A stretch of DNA of 64,000 bases. Source: Dictyostelium discoideum. Lineage: Eukaryota. Made by a program: the position numbers and the translations under genes. The stretch's first letter is position 1. Each line of letters opens with the position of its first letter. The notes below the pieces were generated by a model. It saw only the letters and a program-made list of their open reading frames with translations. It was not told the origin of the DNA and ran no database searches. Shown here piece by piece: positions 13,487 to 21,970 of the stretch. The stretch is taken from positions 2,464,001 through 2,528,000 of the forward strand of contig CM000155.2 in assembly GCA_000004695.1 (NCBI GenBank). Direction: 5' to 3'.

Positions 13487-14473
13487 TCAACCTATTCCAA
13501 TAAAAATAATCATCCAAATTAACTCTATTATTAAGATTACCAAAAAAACTAATAAAAAACAAATAAATAAATAAATAAATAAATAAAAATAAAATATAAA
13601 TAAAAAATAAAAAATATGTCTTTTTAATTCTGAAAGTTTGAAATTTTTAAATTTGTTTATATATTTTAGATTAAATAATTTATTTTATAGTTTGAAAATA
13701 AAATTAAATGATTAAATAATTTTTTTTTTTTTTTTTTTTTTAATATTTATTAATCAGTATTAAATAGATAAATATAATAATAAAATTGTAATTGATTGGA
13801 TGGTCGAAGGAGATAAGATTTGGAAGCACTGATTCCGGAATACAATATTGCAAGTTATTTTTCTTAATTAAATTATTTATTTATGGCAATTGTTTGGGGC
13901 TTTTAATTTTAGGCCGTTATACAATTGATTGCAGATTTTAATCATTAATTCCATTATGTTTCTATATGCGAAGTGTAATAAAATGTATTGCCTATATTTA
14001 CCAATAGAACAATAAAGAATATGTGTGAAATTTTAATTACTATTGTACACAAATATTAGTAGTAATAATATTATTAATTCTTTATTATTCCTTATATTTA
14101 TACTTTAACACTAATAATATTATATCTTTTACAAATTATGATTAAAACACCAATGATTTTTATTTATTTTAATTTGGCTTTTTATACTGAATTATTATTC
14201 TTAGAAGCCTGGGAAGGATTTAACGGCAATTTGTTATTCTGAGTAACTTCATTTCGGTTATAGATTGTATATGGAAATGGATCTTTGGAAAAAAACTTAT
14301 AATAATGATTCTATAATTAAAGCTGCTATTCGTTTGTGATTATTAAAGTTTGTGAATAGGTCGTAGTTTACATCTTTTATATTTATTAGAACTATAGGTG
14401 TAATTCTGTTTGTAAATTTATTTTTGGATTCAATATTTCTTTGATGTTGTCAATTTTTTAAAAGAAACTATCC

Positions 14474-14498
14474 AGGACATCGAACCTGCGATCTGATT
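14474..14498 (-). promoter_or_regulatory. Candidate external B box (ex-B) of the tRNA-Glu gene: a tRNA 3'-half-like fragment GGTTCGATGTCCTGGA about 30 bp downstream of the tRNA.
   Basis: The minus strand reads ...ATCGCAGGTTCGATGTCCTGGATAG. It carries a B-box-like GGTTCGAT core but no intact T-stem or acceptor. Many D. discoideum tRNA genes carry an extra B box 20-50 bp downstream. Confidence 0.4.
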
Positions 14499-14516
14499 AA
14501 TTTAGTTTGAAAAGAG

Positions 14517-14588
14517 CTCCCCATCCGGGAATCGAACCCGGGGTACCAGTGTGAGAGACTAGAGTGTTACCGACTACACCAATGAGGA
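14517..14588 (-). tRNA. tRNA-Glu (anticodon CUC).
   Basis: The minus strand reads TCCTCATTGGTGTAGTCGGTAACACTCTAGTCTCTCACACTGGTACCCCGGGTTCGATTCCCGGATGGGGAG. The 7-bp acceptor stem has one G-U pair. The D-arm is GTGT/ACAC. The anticodon stem is CTAGT/ACTGG with loop CTCTCAC. The T-arm is CCGGG-TTCGATT-CCCGG. The discriminator is G. Total length is 72 nt. Confidence 0.8.
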
Positions 14589-14760
14589 ATTGGATGAAAT
14601 TTGTAATAAAGTTCCTCTATAAAATTAATAGATAATAAATATGCATTCACATTACTAATTGTGTGACACACATTTAAATAATATAATAATAATAATACTG
14701 TCAACTCATTATAAATAATATAAATACTAAAGAATAATTTTATTAACAAAATTGGTAATT

Positions 14761-14833
14761 TAGAAACAATCTAAATTAAATAAAAAACCTCAATTTGTAA
14801 TGAAGGTTTTTTATTTAATTTAGATTGTTTCTA
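14761..14833. repeat. Perfect palindrome with 29-bp arms (tagaaacaatctaaattaaataaaaaacc / ggttttttatttaatttagattgtttcta) and a 15-nt loop.
   Basis: Arm 1 is 14761-14789, the loop tcaatttgtaatgaa is 14790-14804, and arm 2 is 14805-14833. It lies about 170 bp upstream of the tRNA-Glu 5' end, between the tRNA and the TRE remnants. Confidence 0.85.
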
Positions 14834-15132
14834 ACGATTAAAATGAGATATCTAAAGAAGCAACTAAAAATTGCGTTATTCGAAAAAAACAAACAACAAC
14901 AACAACAACAACAATCTCTTTTTTTGATTATTTCATTTTTCATATAAAAAGACATAAAACAAATAAATAAATAAAAAAAATAAACTATTTTAAAAAGCCA
15001 TCTTTTTACTTTATTGTAATTTATTATTTGTTTCGTTTTGAAAAAAAAAAATGAAAAAAATAATCAGATCGAAAAAAACAAACAACAACAACAATCTCTT
15101 TTTTTGATTATTTCATTTTTCATATAAAAAGA

Positions 15133-15168
<36 letters not shown>

Positions 15169-15459
15169 GAACCCAAGTTAATCAGAAAATTTCCAGATTT
15201 TTAACTTTTCAAAGTAAAATAAAAAAATTAGAAAGAAAATAAGATGAAAATTACAAACAACACCACAAATATTAAGCGACACAAATGCCTACGAAAAATA
15301 AGCGAAATTGTGAATAAAACTCAATTAAAAAAAAAACAATTCAAATACGTCATAAACATCAATCACGAACCAGACGATAAAATAAAAAAAGATTTAGAAA
15401 AAAGTTTGGACAAAAAAGATGTTTTAATCAAAAGTAATAATACAATTCAAAATTTGAAA

Positions 15460-15514
<55 letters not shown>

Positions 15515-15600
15515 CCCCTCTTTTAGAGACCCTGTAAAAAACTACAAATAAAATGAGATCTAGCATCTCAAGGAGAAGCAACTAATAATTGCGACTTCAT
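14832..15600 (+). mobile_element. Degenerate TRE5-A-like retrotransposon remnants upstream of tRNA-Glu. They comprise a solo 3'-module fragment (14832-14878), two A-modules (14879-15140), a B-module, the first 66 codons of ORF1 (from 15244) and a 3'-terminal module (15516-15597) without an A-tail.
   Basis: A-module sequence gatcgaaaaaaacaaacaacaacaacaatctctttttttgattatttcatttttcatataaaaag... occurs at 14879 and 15066. The B-module cctgagaacccaagttaatcagaaaatttccagatttttaactttt precedes ATG 15244 (MKITNNTTNIKRHKCL...). The ORF is broken at an A-run and joined to ggtaaacccctcttttagagaccctgtaaaaa...aaaatgagatctagcatctcaaggagaagcaactaataattgcg. Confidence 0.6.
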
Positions 15601-15675
15601 CTCTGATTTCTATTGAGATTAGTGATGAAGAATAAAAAAAAATCATTACAACATTTTTATTATTATTTTAAAAAA

Positions 15676-15748
15676 TGGAGAAGAAGGGTATCGATCCCTT
15701 TACCTCTCGCATGCTAAGCGAGCGCTCTACCATCTGAGCTACATCCCC
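15676..15748 (-). tRNA. tRNA-Ala (anticodon AGC).
   Basis: The minus strand reads GGGGATGTAGCTCAGATGGTAGAGCGCTCGCTTAGCATGCGAGAGGTAAAGGGATCGATACCCTTCTTCTCCA (73 nt). The anticodon loop is CTTAGCA, the D-loop is AGATGGTA and the T-arm is AAGGG-ATCGATA-CCCTT. There is one T-T mismatch at acceptor pair 6-67, which is why confidence stays below 0.8. Confidence 0.7.
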
Positions 15749-15864
15749 TTTGATGGAAAGTATTTTTTATTAGAAATACTCGTACGTTATTATCTGAGAT
15801 CGAAAAAAACAAACAACAACAACAATCTCTTTTTTTGATTATTTCATTTTTCATATAAAAAAGA

Positions 15865-15909
<45 letters not shown>

Positions 15910-15984
15910 GGAACCAAGTTAATTAGAAAATTTCCAGATTTTTAACTTTTTAAAGAAAAATAAAAAAGATAGAAAGAAAATAAA

Positions 15985-17319
15985 ATGAAAATCACAAACA
16001 ACACCACAAATATTAAGCAACACAAATGCCTACAAAAAATAAGCGAAATTGTGGATAAAACTCAATTAAAAAAAAAACAATTCAAATACGTCATAAACAT
16101 CAATCACGAACCAGACGATAAAATAAAAAAAGATTTAGAAAAAAGTTTGGACAAAAAAGATGTTTTAATCAAAAGTAATAATACATTCAAAATTCTCACA
16201 GACAGTATTAGTACAGTAATCTATTTTGTAAATATGTTTGATGCAGAATTAAAAGGACAATTTATAACCACTATAAGACCAAAAAATATGTATACAGATT
16301 TTGATTGGTATAAATCACTCACAGAAATAGAATGGGTAATAGAAAATGAAGGATGTAAACTAATTAAATCAGAAATTAAAGGCGAAACTCTAATTATCAA
16401 AACAGTGAAAAGAGTCGTAGAAGAATTTGACACTATCATTGAACTAGACAATCTAACATTAATTGGACACTCCAACAAAGGATGGAGAGATCAAACCTCA
16501 TTACCAGAAAATCAAGAAGAAAACAAAAATAAAAAACAATCAGATGAACAACAACCACAATCTACATCAGAACAAATACCAAAACAAGGAAAAAGAACAA
16601 TCATTATCCCACCAATCACATCCTCATCTAATGATAAAACATTTATGGCCCTAGATGATACAGCTCAAAAGGTAATAGATGCATCACTAGAAAACGTAGA
16701 TGAACTAACAAGAATAGAGAATGAGATCAATACACAATCGATAAACAATCAAGAAATTAAAACAAAATCAGAAAAACCTATCGAACCACCATCTCCATAC
16801 AATACACCAATAAAACAACACGGCGAAACAAAGAGACTAACAACGGAAGAAAAACTTAGAGAGGTAAATGATATCTTCGACTTCACCAGCCCAAACACTG
16901 ATGCAATAAGAAAAATAGAATTCCCACTTTCAATCCCTTCAAATCAATGGTTCTTCTCCTCTCCAATAAAACATATCATGAGTTTCAGCCCAACCTATGG
17001 TACACCATCGAAAATTATCGATTCACCAAGTAAATTGTTAAACACACCAAAAAACAAACAACAAGACAAAACAAACAGGACCAACAAAACACCAGTCAAA
17101 CCAAAATTGGGTGAATATGGACAAAAAAGCATAAAAACAAAAATGGATGAAGATATAGACAACTTCAACAAGGAAATTCTAAAACAAATCAGTAAATCAA
17201 AAAACCCCACAAACACACAAGACCAACAACACAATGAACAAAGTAAAGATCAGTTAGAAGACAAAATAAACCAGAAACTTCAAAAGGTAGATAAAAATCT
17301 ACCCCAAATAAAACTATAA
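15985..17319 (+). CDS. TRE5-A-like retrotransposon ORF1 protein (444 aa), intact.
   Basis: ATG immediately after the B-module. It is 99% identical (4 aa differences) to the copy at 18983..20317. Truncated 66-89-codon versions occur at 15244, 17699 and 20725. I recognise no conserved domain, as expected for ORF1 of this family. Confidence 0.7.
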   Translation: MKITNNTTNIKQHKCLQKISEIVDKTQLKKKQFKYVININHEPDDKIKKDLEKSLDKKDVLIKSNNTFKILTDSISTVIYFVNMFDAELKGQFITTIRPKNMYTDFDWYKSLTEIEWVIENEGCKLIKSEIKGETLIIKTVKRVVEEFDTIIELDNLTLIGHSNKGWRDQTSLPENQEENKNKKQSDEQQPQSTSEQIPKQGKRTIIIPPITSSSNDKTFMALDDTAQKVIDASLENVDELTRIENEINTQSINNQEIKTKSEKPIEPPSPYNTPIKQHGETKRLTTEEKLREVNDIFDFTSPNTDAIRKIEFPLSIPSNQWFFSSPIKHIMSFSPTYGTPSKIIDSPSKLLNTPKNKQQDKTNRTNKTPVKPKLGEYGQKSIKTKMDEDIDNFNKEILKQISKSKNPTNTQDQQHNEQSKDQLEDKINQKLQKVDKNLPQIKL

Positions 17320-17572
17320 AGAAAAACACAATAAGAATAGGTGTTTGGAACGTCCAAGGATCCAATACCATCCAATCTGCCAGCATAATAAACACCGTTT
17401 TAGACAACAACAAGCTGGACGCAGCACTTCTAACTGAAACAAATATAAAAACAAATAAAATTTACTCAATAAATCAACAATATAAAAACAAAATAACACA
17501 CCACGCACCAATTGATAAAACAGGACAAGGGGTGTCACAAATCATCATCAACACCCGCAATAGAACTTCCTA
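17300..17572 (+). pseudogene. 5'-terminal fragment of TRE5 ORF2 (APE-like endonuclease N-terminus), overlapping the ORF1 stop in the +1 frame and truncated after about 85 codons.
   Basis: ...KNTIRIGVWNVQGSNTIQSASIINTVLDNNKLDAALLTETNIKTNKIYSINQQYKNKITHHAPIDKTGQGVSQIIINTRNRTS*. The WNxxG...LxxETxI motif is characteristic of the L1/APE endonuclease domain. The RT domain is absent, as in the short TRE5-A.2-class copies. Confidence 0.55.
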
Positions 17573-17615
17573 AACATCTCAAAAAATACAATAATTCACT
17601 CAGTACTTTCTATAA

Positions 17616-17657
<42 letters not shown>

Positions 17658-17999
17658 CAAGTTAATCAGAAAAATAAAAAAGATAGAAAGAAAATAAAAT
17701 GAAAATCACAAACAACACCACAAATATTAAGCAACACAAATGCCTACAAAAAATAAGCGAAATTGTGGATAAAACTCAATTAAAAAAAAAACAATTCAAA
17801 TACGTCATAAACATCAATCACGAACCAGACGATAAAATAAAAAAAGATTTAGAAAAAAGTTTGGACAAAAAAGATGTTTTAATCAAAAAGACCCTGTAAA
17901 AAAAAAAAAAAAATAAAATGAGATCTAGCATCTCAAGGAGAAGCAAATAATAATTGCGTTATCCAATTCAAAAAAAAAAAAAGTACGTTATTATCTAGA

Positions 18000-18862
18000 G
18001 ATCGAAAAAAACAAACAACAACAACAATCTCTTTTTTTGATTATTTCATTTTTCATATAAAAAAGACTTAAAAAACAAATAAATAAATAAATAAACTATT
18101 TTAAAAAGCCATCTTTTTACTTTATTGTAATTTATTATTTGTTTCGTTTTGAGAATTTTGCGTAGCAAAATTTTCAAAAAAAAAGCAAAAAATAATCAGA
18201 TCGAAAAAAACAAACAACAACAACAATCTCTTTTTTTGATTATTTCATTTTTCATATAAAAAAGACTTAAAAAACAAATAAATAAATAAATAAACTATTT
18301 TAAAAAGCCATCTTTTTACTTTATTGTAATTTATTATTTGTTTCGTTTTGAGAATTTTGCGTAGCAAAATTTTCAAAAAAAAAGCAAAAAATAATCAGAT
18401 CGAAAAAAACAAACAACAACAACAATCTCTTTTTTTGATTATTTCATTTTTCATATAAAAAAGACTTAAAAAACAAATAAATAAATAAATAAACTATTTT
18501 AAAAAGCCATCTTTTTACTTTATTGTAATTTATTATTTGTTTCGTTTTGAGAATTTTGCGTAGCAAAATTTTCAAAAAAAAAGCAAAAAATAATCAGATC
18601 GAAAAAAACAAACAACAACAACAATCTCTTTTTTTGATTATTTCATTTTTCATATAAAAAAGACTTAAAAAACAAATAAATAAATAAATAAACTATTTTA
18701 AAAAGCCATCTTTTTACTTTATTGTAATTTATTATTTGTTTCGTTTTGAGAATTTTGCGTAGCAAAATTTTCAAAAAAAAAGCAAAAAATAATCAGATCG
18801 AAAAAAACAAACAACAACAACAATCTCTTTTTTTGATTATTTCATTTTTCATATAAAAAAGA

Positions 18863-18890
<28 letters not shown>
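18000..18890 (+). repeat. Tandem array of TRE5-A A-modules: four complete units of 199-200 bp (starts at 18000, 18198, 18398 and 18597) plus a partial fifth (18796-about 18868) ending in an A-run.
   Basis: Near-identical units gatcgaaaaaaacaaacaacaacaacaatctctttttttgattatttcatttttcatataaaaaagacttaaaaaacaaataaataaataaataaactattttaaaaagccatctttttactttattgtaatttattatttgtttcgttttgagaattttgcgtagcaaaattttcaaaaaaaaagcaaaaaataatca. The copy at 15797 has a single truncated unit. Confidence 0.85.
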
Positions 18891-18907
<17 letters not shown>

Positions 18908-18982
18908 GGAACCAAGTTAATTAGAAAATTTCCAGATTTTTAACTTTTTAAAGAAAAATAAAAAAGATAGAAAGAAAATAAA

Positions 18983-20317
18983 ATGAAAATCACAAACAAC
19001 ACCACAAATATTAAGCAACACAAATGCCTACAAAAAATAAGCGAAATTGTGGATAAAACTCAATTAAAAAAAAAACAATTCAAATACGTCATAAACATCA
19101 ATCACGAACCAGACGATAAAATAAAAAAAGATTTAGAAAAAAGTTTGGACAAAAAAGATGTTTTAATCAAAAGTAATAATACATTCAAAATTCTCACAGA
19201 CAGTATTAGTACAGTAATCTATTTTGTAAATATGTTTGATGCAGAATTAAAAGGACAATTTATAACCACTATAAGACCAAAAAATATGTATACAGATTTT
19301 GATTGGTATAAATCACTCACAGAAATAGAATGGGTAATAGAAAATGAAGGATGTAAACTAATTAAATCAGAAATTAAAGGCGAAACTCTAATTATCAAAA
19401 CAGTGAAAAGAGTCGTAGAAGAATTTGACACTATCATTGAACTAGACAATCTAACATTAATTGGACACTCCAACAAAGGATGGAGAGATCAAACCTCATT
19501 ACCAGAAAATCAAGAAGAAAACAAAAATAAAAAACAATCAGATGAACAACAACCACAATCTACATCAGAACAAATACCAAAACAAGGAAAAAGAACAATC
19601 ATTATCCCACCAATCACCTCCTCATCTAATGATAAAACATTTATGGCCCTAGATGATACAGCTCAAAAGGTAATAGAAGCATCACTAGAAAACGTAGATG
19701 AACTAACAAGAATAGAGAATGAGATCAATACACAATCGATAAACAATCAAGAAATTAAAACAAAATCAGAAAAACCTATCGAACCACCATCTCCATACAA
19801 TACACCAATAAAACAACACGGCGAAACAAAGGGACTAACAACGGAAGAAAAACTTAGAGAGGCAAATGATATCTTCGACTTCACCAGCCCAAACACTGAT
19901 GCAATAAGAAAAATAGAATTCCCACTTTCAATCCCTTCAAATCAATGGTTCTTCTCCTCTCCAATAAAACATATCATGAGTTTCAGCCCAACCTATGGTA
20001 CACCATCGAAAATTATCGATTCACCAAGTAAATTGTTAAACACACCAAAAAAGAAACAACAAGACAAAACAAACAAGACCAACAAAACACCAGTCAAACC
20101 AAAATTGGGTGAATATGGACAAAAAAGCATAAAAACAAAAATGGATGAAGATATAGACAACTTCAACAAGGAAATTCTAAAACAAATCAATAAATCAAAA
20201 AACCCCACAAACACACAAGACCAACAACACAATGAACAAAGTAAAGATCAGTTAGAAGACAAAATAAACCAGAAACTTCAAAAGGTAGATAAAAATCTAC
20301 CCCAAATAAAACTATAA
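18983..20317 (+). CDS. TRE5-A-like ORF1 protein (444 aa), second intact copy.
   Basis: It differs from 15985..17319 by four substitutions (D/E, R/G with V/A, NK/KK with R/K, S/N). It is followed by the same ORF2 5' fragment (20298-20570). Confidence 0.7.
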   Translation: MKITNNTTNIKQHKCLQKISEIVDKTQLKKKQFKYVININHEPDDKIKKDLEKSLDKKDVLIKSNNTFKILTDSISTVIYFVNMFDAELKGQFITTIRPKNMYTDFDWYKSLTEIEWVIENEGCKLIKSEIKGETLIIKTVKRVVEEFDTIIELDNLTLIGHSNKGWRDQTSLPENQEENKNKKQSDEQQPQSTSEQIPKQGKRTIIIPPITSSSNDKTFMALDDTAQKVIEASLENVDELTRIENEINTQSINNQEIKTKSEKPIEPPSPYNTPIKQHGETKGLTTEEKLREANDIFDFTSPNTDAIRKIEFPLSIPSNQWFFSSPIKHIMSFSPTYGTPSKIIDSPSKLLNTPKKKQQDKTNKTNKTPVKPKLGEYGQKSIKTKMDEDIDNFNKEILKQINKSKNPTNTQDQQHNEQSKDQLEDKINQKLQKVDKNLPQIKL

Positions 20318-20613
20318 AGAAAAACACAATAAGAATAGGTGTTTGGAACGTCCAAGGATCCAACACCATCCAATCTGCCAGCATAATAAACACCGTTTTA
20401 GACAACAACAAGCTGGACGCAGCACTTCTAACTGAAACAAATATAAAAACAAATAAAATTTACTCAATAAATCAACAATATAAAAACAAAATAACACACC
20501 ACGCACCAATTGATAAAACAGGACAAGGGGTGTCACAAATCATCATCAACACCCGCAATAGAACTTCCTAAACATCTCAAAAAATACAATAATTCACTCA
20601 GTACTTTCTATAA

Positions 20614-20683
<70 letters not shown>

Positions 20684-21000
20684 CAAGTTAATCAGAAAAA
20701 TAAAAAAGATAGAAAGAAAATAAAATGAAAATCACAAACAACACCACAAATATTAAGCAACACAAATGCCTACAAAAAATAAGCGAAATTGTGGATAAAA
20801 CTCAATTAAAAAAAAAACAATTCAAATACGTCATAAACATCAATCACGAACCAGACGATAAAATAAAAAAAGATTTAGAAAAAAGTTTGGACAAAAAAGA
20901 TGTTTTAATCAAAAAGACCCTGTAAAAAAAAAAAAAAAATAAAATGAGATCTAGCATCTCAAGGAGAAGCAAATAATAATTGCGTTATCCAATTCAAAAA

Positions 21001-21037
21001 AAAAAGTACGTTATTATCTACAATTCAAAATTCGAAA

Positions 21038-21077
<40 letters not shown>

Positions 21078-21290
21078 TAAACCAACCCCTCTTTTAGAGA
21101 CCCTGTAAAAAAAAAAAAATTAAAATAAAATAAAATGAGATCTAGCATCTCAAGGAGAAGCAAATAATAATTGCGTTATCCAATTCAAAAAAAAAAAGTA
21201 CGTTAATTTCTTATCTTTTCTCAAGGAGAAGCAACTAATAATTGCGTTATCCAATTCAAAAAAAAATTCTACGTTATTTCCAATCATGAA
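21001..21290 (+). mobile_element. Oldest, most distal TRE5 remnants. They are solo 3'-terminal modules with A-tails (21019-21075 internal fragment, 21085-21190 and 21205-21268), separated by diverged copies of the target-site repeat.
   Basis: ggtaaaccaacccctcttttagagaccctgtaaaaa(A)n...aaaatgagatctagcatctcaaggagaagcaaataataattgcgttatccaattc(A)n gtacgttaatttct...tctcaaggagaagcaactaataattgcgttatccaattc(A)n ttctacgttatttcc, then unique sequence from about 21285. Confidence 0.55.
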
Positions 21291-21588
21291 AAATCTGAAA
21301 TTTTTTAGCCACATTAGGAACTCATCTCTGATGAAAACCTATGTACAAGAACATTTAACTCATTACAGCTCATTCATTACAACTATATAAATTCAAATAA
21401 AACAATCAATAATAAAACTTATAAGAAACTAAATAAACTAGGACACACCTAAAATTGGGATTAAGATATTGAAAAAAAAAAAAAAAAAAAAACCCACTAT
21501 TATCATTACTCAAAAGGAATCTTCGATAATTTCTCACACATAATTTCCTTATCCAATTCCCCTTTTATTCTTTCATTTTAATTACATT

Positions 21589-21657
<69 letters not shown>

Positions 21658-21739
21658 ATACTAATAAAATTAAATTTTAATAATTAAAATTTTAAAACTT
21701 ATATTTAATTAAATTTTATTTTAAATTCGTATTCTAATT

Positions 21740-21821
21740 GTCGTAACAAATATAAAATTATAGAATAGAATGACTTAAATGAATTATACGTATTCTATAA
21801 TTTTATATTTGTAACGACAAA
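21740..21821. repeat. Perfect 30-bp inverted repeat (ttgtcgtaacaaatataaaattatagaata / tattctataattttatatttgtaacgacaa) with a 22-nt loop.
   Basis: Arms are 21740-21769 and 21792-21821. The loop reads gaatgacttaaatgaattatacg. It sits about 150 bp upstream of the ATG of the 7TM receptor gene. Confidence 0.85.
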
Positions 21822-21970
21822 TTTTTAAAAAAAATATCAAATTATCGATAAGTTTTTTTTTTTTTTTTTTGATTGTGAAACTTATCTAAAAGTCTGATTG
21901 TTTTTTTTTAAAAAAAAATCAATTTTTTTTTTTTTTTTTCATTTTAATATTTATATCCCAATTAAAAACA

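Larger units (their letters stand above)
15797..17983 (+). mobile_element. TRE5-A-like (DRE) tRNA-targeted non-LTR retrotransposon composite. It holds a 2.6-kb-class copy (A-module, B-module, intact ORF1, 5' fragment of ORF2, short 3' region, A-tail at 17617-17654). A 5'-truncated, internally deleted copy follows (17655-17983: B-module tail, 66 codons of ORF1, 3' module, A-tail).
   Basis: The 5' end (gagatcgaaaaaaac...) lies exactly 48 bp from the 5' end of the minus-strand tRNA-Ala, with divergent orientation, as described for TRE5-A integration. It is flanked on both sides by the 14-bp direct repeat gtacgttattatct (15783-15796 and 17984-17997). The ORF2 fragment encodes IGVWNVQGSNTIQSA...LDAALLTETNIK, the N-terminus of an APE-type endonuclease. 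Confidence 0.75.
17998..21000 (+). mobile_element. Second TRE5-A-like composite. It has the same architecture as 15797..17983 but carries a tandem array of five A-modules, an intact ORF1, an ORF2 5' fragment and an A-tail at 20620-20681. A 5'-truncated, internally deleted copy and 3' module follow (20682-21000).
   Basis: It starts with agagatcgaaaaaaac directly after the direct repeat gtacgttattatct (17984-17997) and is followed by the same repeat at 21001-21014. The internal layout is collinear with the first composite throughout. Confidence 0.75.

Noticed and set aside
16221-17538. Minus-strand ORFs inside the TRE5 ORF1 copies (16221, 16995, 17189, 17314, and the same set 3 kb downstream).
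   Set aside because: They are duplicated exactly with the element and antisense to ORF1 or the ORF2 stub. They are hydrophobic low complexity, so they are chance ORFs in an A-rich sense strand.
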